NCBI RefSeq assembly: GCF_009914755.1
Contig: NC_060937.1
From: the human T2T-CHM13v2.0 reference genome, Homo sapiens
Strand: one strand, 5' to 3'
DNA: 64,000 bases
How positions within the stretch are numbered: the first letter of the stretch is position 1; each line of letters starts with the position of its first letter. The position numbers were made by a program, and so were the translations under genes. This document shows, one piece after another, positions 1 through 14,279 of this stretch. The notes below the pieces were generated by a model. The model worked only from the letters and a program-made list of their open reading frames with translations. It ran no database searches and had not been told where the DNA came from.

Positions 1-945
1 TATAGATTATATACTGTACATTAAATACCAAAGTACCCCAAATATATATTTTATAAGGTACATCAAATATCAAAGTTTACAAACTATATATTATATACTG
101 TACATAAAATATCAAAGTACCCAAGGTATATATTCTATACTGTACAAAAAATATCAAAGTACCCAAAGCATGTATTATATACTGTACATAAAATATGAAA
201 GTACATCAAATATATATTTTATTCTGTACATAAAACATCAAAGTACACCAGATATATATTCTATAGTGTACATAAAATATAAAAGTACCCAAACTATACA
301 TTATATACTGTACATAAAATATGAAATTATATCAAATATATATTATATTAGGTACATAATATATGAAAGTACAACAAATATAGATTATATACTGTACATA
401 AAATATCAAAGTACCCCAAACATATATTATATACTCTACATGAAATATCAAAGTTCACAAACTATATATTTTATACTGTACATAAAATATCAAAGTACCC
501 AAGGTATATATTCTATACTGTAGAAAAAATATCAAAGTACCCAAAGCATGTATTATATACTGTACATAAAATATGAAAGTACATCAAATATATATTAGGT
601 ACATAAAATATGAAAGTACATCAAATATAGATTATATACTGTACATATAATATCAATGTACCCCAAATATATATTTTATACTCTACATGAAATATCAAAG
701 TTCACAAACCATACATTATATACTTTACATAAAATATCAAATTACCCAAGGTATATATTCTATACTGTACAAAAAATATCAAAGTACCCAAAGCATGTAT
801 TATATACTGTACATAAAATATGAAAGTACATCAAATATATATTTTATTCTGTACATAAAATATCAAAGTACACCAGATATATATTCTATAGTGTACATAA
901 ACTATCAAAGTACCCAAACTATACATTATATACTGTACATAAAAT

Positions 946-2063
946 ATGAAATTACATCAAATATATATTAGGTACATAAAATATGAAAGTACATCAAATA
1001 TAAATTATATACTGTACATAAAATATCAAAGTACCCCAAATATATATTATATACTCTACATGAAATATCAAAGTTCACAAACTATATATTATATACTGTA
1101 CATAAAATATCAAAGTACCCAAGGTATATATTCTATACTGTACAAAAAATATCAAAGTACCCAAAGCATGTATTATATACTGTACATAAAATATGAAAAT
1201 ACATCAAATATATATTTTATTCTGTACATAAAATATCAAAGTACACCAGATATATATTCTATAGTGTACATAAAATAACAAAGTACACAAACTATAAATT
1301 ATATACTGTACATAAAATATGAAATTACATCAAATATATATTAGGTACATAAAATATGAAAGTACATCAAATATAGATTATATACTGTACATAAAATGTC
1401 AATGTACCCCAAATATATATTTTATACTCTACATGAAATATCAAAGTTCACAAACCATATATTGTATACTGTACATAAAATATCAAAGTACCCAAGGTAT
1501 GTATTCTATACTGCACAAAAAATATCAATGTACCCAAAGCATGTATTATATACTGTACATAAAATATGAAATTACATCAAATATATATTTTATTCTGTAC
1601 ATAAAATATCAAAGTACACCAGATATATATTCTACAGTGTACATAAAATATCAAAGTACCCAAACTATACATTATATACTGTACATAAAATATGAAATTA
1701 CATCAAATATATATTAGGTACATAAAATATGAAAGTACATCAAATATAGATTATATACTGTACATAAAATATCAAAGTACCCCAAATATATATTATATAC
1801 TCTACATGAAATATCAAAGTTCACAAACTATATATTATATACTGTACATAAAATATCAAAATACCCAAGGTATATATTCTATACTGTACAAAAAATATCA
1901 AAGTACCCAAAGCATGTATTATATACTGTACATAAAATATGAAAGTACATCAAATATATATTTTATTCTGTACATAAAATATCAAAGTACACCAGATATA
2001 TATTCTATAGTGTACATAAAAATGTACACAAACTATAAATTATATACTGTACATAAAATATGA
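946..2063 (+). repeat. Run of 373-bp variant units (5-bp deletion in monomer 8)
   Basis: m8 reads aaatatatattaggtac instead of aaatatatattatattaggtac. ORF starts at 946, 1319 and 1692 are exactly 373 bp apart. Similar runs occur at 37548/37921/38294 and 42420/42793/43166. Confidence 0.93.
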
Positions 2064-5000
2064 AATTACATCAAATATATATTAGGTACATAAAATATGA
2101 AAGTATATCAAATATAGATTATATACTGTACATAAAATATCAAAGTACCCCAAATATATATTATATACTGTACATGAAATATCAAAGTTCACAAACTATA
2201 TATTATATTCTGTACATAAAATATCAAAGTACCCAAGGTATATATTCTATACTGTACAAAAAATATCAAAGTACCCAAAGCATGTATTATATACTGTACA
2301 TAAAATATGAAAGTACATCAAATATATATTTTATTCTGTACATAAAATATCAAAGTACACCAGATATATATTCTATAGTGTACATAAAATATCAAAGTAC
2401 CCAAACTATACATTATATACTGTACATAAATATGAGATTACATCAAATATATATTATATTAGGTACATAAAATATGAAAGTACATCAGATATAGATTATA
2501 TACTGTACATAAAATATCAATGTCCCCCAAATATATATTTTATACTCTACATGAAATATCAAAGTTCACAAACTATATATTATATACTTTACATAAAATA
2601 TCAAAGTACCCAAGGTATATATTCTATATTGTACAAAAAATATCAAAGTACCCAAAGCATGTATTATATACTGTATATAAAATATGAAAATACATTAAAT
2701 ATATATTTTATTCTGTACATAAAATATCAAAGTACACCAGATATATATTCTATAGTGTACATAAAATAACAAAGTACACAAACTATAAATTATATACTGT
2801 ACGTAAAATATGAAATTACATCAAATATATATTAGGTACATAAAATATGAAAGTACATCAAATATAGATTATATACTGTACATATAATATCAATGTACCC
2901 CAAATATATATTTTATACTCTACATGAAATATCAAAGTTCACAAACCATATATTATATACTGTACATAAAATATCAAACTACCCAAGGTATATATTCTAT
3001 ACTGTACAAAAAATATCAAAGTACCCAAAGCATGTATTATATACTGTACATAAAATATGAAAGTACATCAAATATATATTTTATTCTGTACATAAAATAT
3101 CAAAGTACACCAGATATATATTCTATAGTGTACATAAAATATCAAAGTACCCAAACTATACATTATATACTGTACATAAAATATGAAATTACATCAAATA
3201 TATATTATATTAGGAACATAAAATATGAAAGCACATCAAATATAGATTATATACTGTACATTAAATACCAAAGTACCACAAATACATATTATATACTGTA
3301 CATCAAATATCAAAGTTCAAAAACTATATATTATATACTGTACATAAAATATCAAAGTACCCAAGGTATATATTCTATACTGTACAAAAAATATCAAAGT
3401 ACCCAAAGCATGTATTATATACTGTACATAAAATATGAAAGTATATCAAATATATATTTTATTCTGTACATAAAACATCAAAGTACACCAGATATATATT
3501 CTATAGTGTACATAAAATATAAAAGTACCCAAACTATACATTATATACTGTACATAAAATATGAAATTATATCAAATATATATTATATTAGGTACATAAT
3601 ATATGAAAGTACATCAAATATAGATTATATACTGTACATAAAATATCAAAGTACCCCAAATATATATTATATACTCTACATGAAATATCAAAGTTCACAA
3701 ACTATATATTTTATACTGCACATAAAATATCAAAGTACCCAAGGTATATATTCTATACTGTACAATAAATATCAAAGTATCCAAAGCATGTATTATATAC
3801 TGTATGTAAAATATGAAAGTACATGAAATATATATTTTATTCTGTACATAAAATATCAAAGTACACCAGATATATATTCTATAGTGTACATAAAATATCA
3901 AAGTACCCAAACTATACATTATATACTGTACATAAAATATGAAATTACATCAAATATATATTAGGTACATAAAATATGAAAGTACATCAAATATAGATTA
4001 TATACTGTACAAAAAATATCAAAGTACCCCAAATATATATTATATACTCTACATGAAATATCAAAGTTCACAAACTATATATTATATACTGTACATAAAA
4101 TATCAAAGTACCGAAGGTATATATTCTATACTGTACAAAAAATATCAAAGTACCCAAAGCATGTATTATATACTGTACATAAAATATGAAAGTACATCGA
4201 ATATATATTTTATTCTGTACATAAAATATCAAAGTACACCAGGTATATATTATATAGTGTACATAAAATATCAAAGTACGGAAACTATACATTATATTCT
4301 GTACATAAAATATGAAATTACATCAAATATACATTAGGTACATAAAATATGAATGTACATCAAATATAGATTATATACTGTACATAAAATATCAAAGTAC
4401 CCCAAATATATATTATATACTCTACATGAAATATCAAAGTTCACAAACTATATATTATATACTGTACATAAAATATGAAATTACATCAAATATATTTTAT
4501 ATTAGGTACATAAAATATGAAAGTACATCAAATATAGATTATATGCTGTATATAAAATATCAATGTACCCCAAATATATATTTTATACTCTACATGAAAT
4601 ATCAAAGTTCACAAACCATATATTATATACTGTACATAAAATATCAAAGTACCCAAGGTATATATTCTATACTGTACAAAAAATATCAAAGTACCCAAAG
4701 CATGTATAATATACTGTACATAAAATATGAAAGTACATCAAATATATATTTTATTCTGTACATAAAATATCAAAGTACACCAGATATATATTCTATAGTG
4801 TAAATAAAATATCAAAGTACCCAAACTATACATTATATACTGTACATAAAATATGAAATTACATCAAATATATTTTATATTAGGTACATAAAATATGAAA
4901 GTACATCAAATATAGATTATATACTGTACATTAAATACCAAAGTACCCCAAATATATATTTTATACTGTACATGAAATATCAAAGTACACAAACTATATA

Positions 5001-6429
5001 TTATATACTGTACATAAAATATCAAAGTACCCAAGGTATATATTCTATACTGTACAAAAAATATCAAAGTACCCAAAGCATGTATTATATACTGTACATA
5101 AAATATGAAATACATCAAATATATATTTTATTCTGTACATAAAATATCAAAGTACACCAGATATATATTCTATAGTGTACATAAAATAACAAAGTACACA
5201 AACTATACATTATAAACTGTACATAAAATATGAAATTACATCAAATATATATTAGGTACATAAAATATGAAAGTACATCAAATATAGATTATATACTGTA
5301 CATAAAATATCAAAGTACCCCAAATATATATTATATACTCTACATGAAATATCAAAGTTCACAAACTATATATTATATACTGTACATAAAATATCAAAGT
5401 ACCCAAGGTATATATTCTATACTGTACAAAAAATATCAAAGTACCCAAAGCATATATTATATACTGTATATAAAATATGAAAGTACATCAAATATATATT
5501 TTATTCTGTACATAAAATATCAAAGTACACCAGATATATATTCTATAGTGTATATAAAATAACAAGGTACACAAACTATAAATTATATACTGTACATAAA
5601 ATATGAAATTACATCAAATATATATTAGGTACATAAAATATGAAAGTACATCAAATATAGATTATATACTGTACATATATTATCAATGTACCCCAAATAT
5701 GTATTTTATACTCTACATGAAATATCAAAGTTCACAAACCATATATTATATACTGTACATAAAATATCAAAGTATCCAAGGTATATATTCTATACTGTAC
5801 AAAAAATATCAAAGTACCCAAAGCATGTTTTATATACTGTACATAAAATATGAAAGTACATCAAATATATATTTTATTCTGTACATAAAATATCAAAGTA
5901 CACCAGATATATATTCTATAGTGTACATAAAATATCAAAGTACCCAAACTATACATTATATACTGTACATAAAATATGAAATTACATCAAACATATATTA
6001 TATTAGGTACATAAAATATGAAAGTACATCAAATATAGATTATATACTGTACACTAAATACCAAAGTACCCCAAATATATATTTTATACTGTATATGAAA
6101 TATCAAAGTTCACAAACTATATATTATATTCTGTACATAAAATATCAAAGTACCCAAGGTATATATTCTATACTGTACAAAAAATATCAAAGTACCCAAA
6201 GCATGTATAATATACTGTACATAAATATGAAAGTACATCAAATATATATATTATTCTGTACATAAAATATCAAAGTACACCAGATATATATTCTATAGTG
6301 TACATAAAATATCAAAGTACCCAAACTATACATTATATACTGTAAATAAAATATGAAATTACATCAAATATATATTATATTAGGTACATAAAATATGAAA
6401 GTACATCAAATATAGATTATATACTGTAC

Positions 6430-6807
6430 ATTAAATACCAAAGTACCCCAAATATATATTTTATACTGTACATGAAATATCAAAGTTCACAAACTATATA
6501 TTATATACTGTACATAAAATATCAAAGTACCCAAGGTATATATTCTATACTGTACAAAAAATATCAAAGTACCCAAAGCATGTATTATATACTGTACCTA
6601 AAATATGAAAGTACATCAAATATATATTTTATTCTGTACATAAAATATCAAAGTACACCAGATATATATTCTATAGTGTACATAAAATATCAAAGTACCC
6701 AAACTATACATTATATACTGTACATAAAATATGAAATTACATCAAATATATATTATATTAGGTACATAAAATATGAAAGTACATCAAATATAGATTATAC
6801 ACTGTAC
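6430..6807 (+). repeat. Representative 378-bp higher-order unit (9 x 42-bp monomers), repeated through the whole window
   Basis: Nine monomer types recur in fixed order. They are recognisable by their cores: m1 gtaccccaaat, m2 gttcacaaac, m3 gtacccaagg, m4 gtacccaaagcatg, m5 gtacatcaaat..ttttattct, m6 gtacaccagat..tagtg, m7 gtacccaaactatacat, m8 gaaattacatc..attagg, m9 gtacatcaaatatagat. The ORF track shows the same 126-aa (9 x 14 aa) period. A 378-bp 9-mer is the known HSat1A higher-order period. Confidence 0.95.
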
Positions 6808-9800
6808 ATAAAATATCAAAGTACCCCAAATATATATTATATACTCTACATGAAATATCAAAGTTCACAAACTATATATTATATACTGTACATAAAATAA
6901 AGTCCCCAAGGTATATATTCTATACTGTAGAAAAAATATCAAAGTACCCAAAGCATGTATTATATACTGTATATAAAATATGAAAGTACATCAAATATAT
7001 ATTTTATTCTGTACATAATATATCAAAGTACACCAGATATATATTCTATAGTGTACATAAAATAACAAAGTACAAAAACTATAAATTATATACTGTACAT
7101 AAAATATGAAATTACATCAAATATATATTAGGTACATAAAATATGAAAGTACATCAAATATAGATTATATACTGTACATAAAATTTCAATGTACCCCAAA
7201 TATATATTTTATACTCTACATGAAATATCAAAGTTCACAAACCATATATTATATACTGTACATAAAATATCAAAGTACCCAAGGTATATATTCTATACTA
7301 TACAAAAAATATCAAAGTACCCAAAGCATGTATTATATACTGTACCTAAAATATGAAAGTACATCAAATATATATTTTATTCTGTACATAAAATATCAAA
7401 GTACACCAGATATATATTCTATAGTGTACATAAAATATCAAAGTACCCAAACTATACATTATATACTGTACATAAAATATGAAATTACATCAAATATATT
7501 TTATATTAGGTACATAAAATATGAAAGTACATGAAATATAGATTATATACTGTACATTAAATACCAAAGTACCCCAAATATATATTTTATACTGTACATG
7601 AAATATCAAAGTTCACAAACTATATATTATATACTGTACATAAAATATCAAAGTACCCAAGGTATATATTCTATACTGTACAAAAAATAACAAAGTACCA
7701 AAAGCATGTATAATATACTGTACATAAAATATGAAAGTACATCAAATATATATTTTATTCTGTACATAAAATATCAAAGTACACCAGATATATATTCTAT
7801 AGTGTACATAAAATATCAAAGTACCCAAACTATACATTATATACTGTAAATAAAATATGAAATTACATCAAATATATTTTATATTAGGTACATAAAATAT
7901 GAAAGTACATCAAATATAGATTATATACTGTACATTAAATACCAAAGTACCCCAAATATATATTTTATACTGTACATGAAATATCAAAGTTCACAAACTA
8001 TATATTATATACTGTACATAAATTATCAAAGTACCCAAGGTATATATTCTATACTGTAGAAAAAATATCAAAGTACCCAAAGCATGTATTATATACTGTA
8101 CATAAAATATGAAAGTACATCAAATATATATTTTATTCTGTACATAATATATGAAAGTACACCAGATATATATTCTATAGTGTACATAAAATAACAAAGT
8201 ACACAAACTATACATTATATACTGTACATAAAATATGAAATTACATCAAATATATATTAGGTACATAAAATATGAAAGTTCGTCAAATATAGATTATATA
8301 CTGTACATAAAATATCAATGTACCCCAAATATATATTTTATACTATACATGAAATATCAAAGTTCACAAACCATATATTGTATACTGTACATAAAATATC
8401 AAAGTACCCAAGGTATATGTTCTATACTGTACAAAAAATATCAAAGTACCCAAAGCATGTATTATATACTGTACATAAAATATGAAAGTACATCAAATAT
8501 ATATTTTATTCCGTACATAAAATATCAAAGTACACCAGATATATATTCTATAGTGTACATAAAATATCAAAGTACACAAACTATACATTACATACTGTAC
8601 ATGAAATATGAAATTACATCAAATATATATTATATAAGGTACATAAAATATGAAAGTACATCAAATATAGATTATATACTGTACATTAAATACCAAAGAA
8701 CCCCAAATATATATTATATACTCTACATGATATATCAAAGTTCACAAACTATATATTATATACTGTACATAAAATATCAAAGTACCCAAGGTATATATTC
8801 TATACTGTACAAAAAATATCAAAGTACCCAAAGCATGTATTATATACTGTATATAAAATATGAAAGTACATCAAATATATATTTTATTCTGTACATAAAA
8901 TATCAAAGTACACCAGATATATATTCTATAGTGTACATAAAATAACAAAGTACAAAAACTATAAATTATATACTGTACATAAAATATGAAATTACATCAA
9001 ATATATATTAGGTACCTAAAATATGAAAGTACATCAAATATAGATTATATACTGTACATAAAATATCAATGTACCCCAAATATATATTTTATACTCGACA
9101 TGAAATATCAAAGTTCACAAACCATATAATATATACTGTACATAAAATATCAAAGTACCCAAGTTATATATTCTATACTGTACAAAAAATATCAAAGTAC
9201 CCAAAGCATGTATTATATACTGTACATAAAATATGAAAGTACATCAAATATATATTTTATTCTGTACATAAAATATCAAAGTACACCAGATATATATTCT
9301 ATAGTGTACATAAAATATCAAAGTACCCAAACTATACATTATATACTGTACATAAAATATGAAATTACATCAAATATATATTATATTAGGTACATAAAAT
9401 ATGAAAGTACATCAAATATAGATTATATACTGTACATGAAATATCAAAGTTCACAAACTATATATTATATACTGTACATATAATATCAAAGTACCCAAGG
9501 TATATATTCTATACTGTACAAAAAATATCAAAGTACCCAAAGCATGTATTATATACAGTATATAAAATATGAAAGTACATCAAATATATATTTTATTCTG
9601 TACATAAAATATCAAAGTACACCAGATATATATTCTATAGTGTACATAAAATATCAAAGTACCCAAACTATACATTATATACTGTACATAAAATATGTAA
9701 TTACATCAAATATATATTATATTAGGTACATAAAATATGAAAGTACATCAACTATAGATTATATACTGTACATTAAATACCAAAGTACCCCAAATATATA

Positions 9801-12800
9801 TTTTATACTGTACATGAAATATCAAAGTTCACAAACTATATATTATATACTGTACATAAAATATCAAAGAACCCAAGGTATATATTCTATACTGTACAAA
9901 AAATATCAAAGTACCCAAACCATGTATTATATACTGTACCTAAAATATGAAAGTACATCAAATATATATTTTATTCTGTACATAAAATATCAAAGTACAC
10001 CAGATATATATTCTATAGTGTACATAAAATATCAAAGTACCCAAACTATACATTATATACTGTACATAAAATATGAAATTACATCAAATATATATTATAT
10101 TAGGTACATAAAATATGAAAGTACATCAAATATAGATTATACACTGTACATAAAATACCAAAGTACCCCAAATATATATTTTATACTGTACATGAAATAT
10201 CAAAGTTCACAAACTATATATTATATACTGTACATATAATATCAAAGTACCCAAGGTATATATTCTATACTGTACAAAAAATATCAAAGTACCCAAAGCA
10301 TCTATTATATACAGTACATAAAATGTGAAAGTGCATCAAATATATATTTTATTCTGTACATAAAATATCAAAGTACACCAGATATATATTCTATAGTGTA
10401 CATAAAATATCAAAGTACCCAAACTATACATTATATACTGTACATAAAATATGAAATTACATCAAATATATATTATATTAGGTACATAAAATATGAAAGT
10501 ACATCAAATATAGATTATATACTGTACATAAAATATCAAAGTACCCCAAATATATATTATATACTCTACATGAAATATCAAAGTTCACAAACTATATATT
10601 ATATACTGTACATAAAATAAAGTCCCCAAGGTATATATTCTATACTGTAGAAAAAATATCAAAGTACCCAAAGCATGTATTATATACTGTATATAAAATA
10701 TGAAAGTACATCAAATATATATTTTATTCTGTACATAATATATCAAAGTACACCAGATATATATTCTATAGTGTACATAAAATAACAAAGTACAAAAACT
10801 ATAAATTATATACTGTACATAAAATATGAAATTACATCTAATATATATTAGGTACATAAAATATGAAAGTACATCAAATATAGATTATATACTGTACATA
10901 AAATTTCAATGTACCCCAAATATATATTTTATACTCTACATGAAATATCAAAGTTCACAAACCATATATTATATACTGTACATAAAATATCAAAGTACCC
11001 AAAGTATATATTCTACACTATACAAAAAATATCAAAGTACCCAAAGCATGTATTATATACTGTACCTAAAATATGAAAGTACATCAAATATATATTTTAT
11101 TCTGTACATAAAATATCAAAGTACACCAGATATATATTCTATAGTGTACATAAAATATCAAAGTACCCAAACTATACATTATATACTGTACATAAAATAT
11201 GAAATTACATCAAATATATTTTATATTAGGTACATAAAATATGAAAGTACATCAAATATAGATTATATACTGTACATTAAATACCAAAGTACCCCAAATA
11301 TATATTTTATACTGTACATGAAATATCAAAGTTCACAAACTATATATTATATACTGTAAATATAATATCAAAGTACCCAAGGTATATATTCTATACTGTA
11401 CAAAAAATATCAAAGTACCCAAAGCATGTATTATATACAGTACATAAAATATGAAAGTACATCAAATATATATTTTATTCTGTACATAAAATATCAAAGT
11501 ACACCAGATATATATTCTATAGTGTACATAAAATAACAAAGTACACAAACTATAAATTATATACTGTACATAAAATATGAAATTACATCAAATATATATT
11601 AGGTACATAAAATAAGAAAGTACATCAAATATAGATTATATACTGTACATAAAATATCAATGTACCCCAAATATATATTTTATACTCTACATGAAATACC
11701 AAAGTTCACAAACCATATATTATATACTGTACATAAGATATCAAAGTACCCAAGGTATATATTCTATACTGTACAAAAAATATCAAAGTACCCAAAGCAT
11801 GTATTATATACTGTACATAAAATATGAAAGTACATCAAATATATATTTTATTCTGTACATAAAATATCAAAGTACACCAGATATATATTCTATAGTGTAC
11901 ATAAAATATAAAAGTACCAAAACTATACATTATATACTGTACATAAAATATGAAATTACATCAAATATATATTATATTAGTTACATAAAATATGAAAGTA
12001 CATCAAATATAGATTATATACTGTACTTAAAATATCAAAGTACCCCAAATATATATTATATACTCTACATGAAATATCAAAGTTCACAAACTATATATTA
12101 TATACTGTACATAAAATATCAAAGTACCCAATGTATATATTCTATAATGTACAAAAAATATCAAAATACCCAAAGCGTGTATTATATACTGTATATAAAA
12201 TATGAAATTACATCAAATATATATTTTATTCTGTACATAAAATATCAAAGTACACCAGATATATATTCTATAGTGTACATAAAATATCAAAGTACCCAAA
12301 CTATACATTATATACTGTACATAAAATATGAAATTACATCAAATATATATTATATTAGGTACATAAAATATGAATGTACATCAAATATAGATTATATACT
12401 GTACATTAAATACCAAAGTACCCCAAATATATATTTTATACTGTACATGAAATATCAAAGTTCACAAACTATATATTATATACTGTACATAAAATATCAA
12501 TGTACCCAAGGTATATATTCTATACTGTACAAAAAATATCAAAGTACCCAAAGCATGTATTATATACTGTACCTAAAATATGAAAGTACATCAAATATAT
12601 ATTTTATTCTGTACATAAAATATCAAAGTACACCAGATATATATTCTATAGTGTACATAAAATATCAAAGTACCCAAACTATACATTATATACTGTACAT
12701 AAAATATGAAATTACATCAAATATATATTATATTAGGTACATAAAATATGAAAGTACATCAAATATACATTATACAGTGTACATAAAACATCAAAGTACC

Positions 12801-14279
12801 CCAAATATATATTATATAATCTACATGAAATATCAAAGTTCACAAACTATATATTATATACTGTACATAAAATAAAGTCCCCAAGGAATATATTCTATAC
12901 TGTAGAAAAAATATCAAAGTACCCAAAGCATGTATTATTTACTGTATATAAAATATGAAAGTACATCAAATATATATTTTATTCTGTACATAATATATCA
13001 AAGTACACCAGAAATATATTCTATAGTGTACATAAAATAAAAAAGTACAAAAACTATAAATTATATACAGTACATAAAATATGAAATTAGATCAAATATA
13101 TATTAGGTACATAAAATATGAAAGTACATCAAATATAGATTATATACTGTACATAAAATTTCAATGTACCCCAAATATATATTTTATACTCTACATGAAA
13201 TATCAAAGTTCAAATCCATATATTATATACTGTACATAAAATATCAAAGTACCCAAGGTATATATTCTGTACTATACAAAAAATATCAAACTACCCAAAG
13301 CATGTATTATATACTGTACCTAAAATATGAATGTACATCAAATATATATTTTATTCTGTACATAAAATATCAAAGTACACCAGATATATATTCTATAGTG
13401 TACACAAAATATCAAAGTATCCAAACTATACATTATGTACTGTAAATAAAATATGAAATTACATCAAATATATTTTATATTAGGTACATAAAATATGAAA
13501 GTACATCAAATATAGATTATATACTGTACGTTAAATACCTAGGTACCCCAAATATATATTTTATACTCTACATGAAATATCAAAGTTCACAAACTATATA
13601 TTATATACTGTACATAAATTATCAAAGTACCCAAGGTATATATTCTATACTGTACAAAAAATATCAAAGTACCCAAAGCATGTATTATATACTGTACATA
13701 AAATATGAAAGTACATCAAATATATATTTTATTCTGTACATAATATATCAAAGTACACCAGATATATATTCTATAGTGTACATAAAATAACAAAGTACAC
13801 AAACTATACATTATATACTGTACATAAAATATGAAATTACATCAAATATATATTAGGTACATAAAATATGAAAGTACATGAAATATAGATTATATACTGT
13901 ACATAAAATATCAATGTACCCCAAATATATATTTTATACTATACATGAAATATCAAAGTTCACAAACCATATATTGTATACTGTACATAAAATATCAAAG
14001 TACCCAAGGTATATGTTCTATACTGTACAAAAAATATCAAAGTACCCAAAGCATGTATTATATACTGTACATAAAATATGAAAGTACATCAAATATATAT
14101 TTTATTCCGTTCATAAAATATCAAAATACACCAGATATATATTCTATAGTGTACATAAAATATCAAAGTACACAAACTATACATTATATACTGTACATAA
14201 AATATGAAATTACATCAAATATAGATTATATACTGTACATAAAATATCAAAGTACCCCAAATATATATTATATACTCTA

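Noticed and set aside
839-863. Inverted repeat ATATTTTAT-N7-ATAAAATAT at each m5/m6 junction, as a terminator or cruciform
   Set aside because: It is real but only a 9-bp all-A/T stem, too weak to support a structural or terminator call.
1290-1305. TATA-box-like TATAAA in 373-type units
   Set aside because: Expected in 79% AT repeat DNA, with no other promoter context or evidence.
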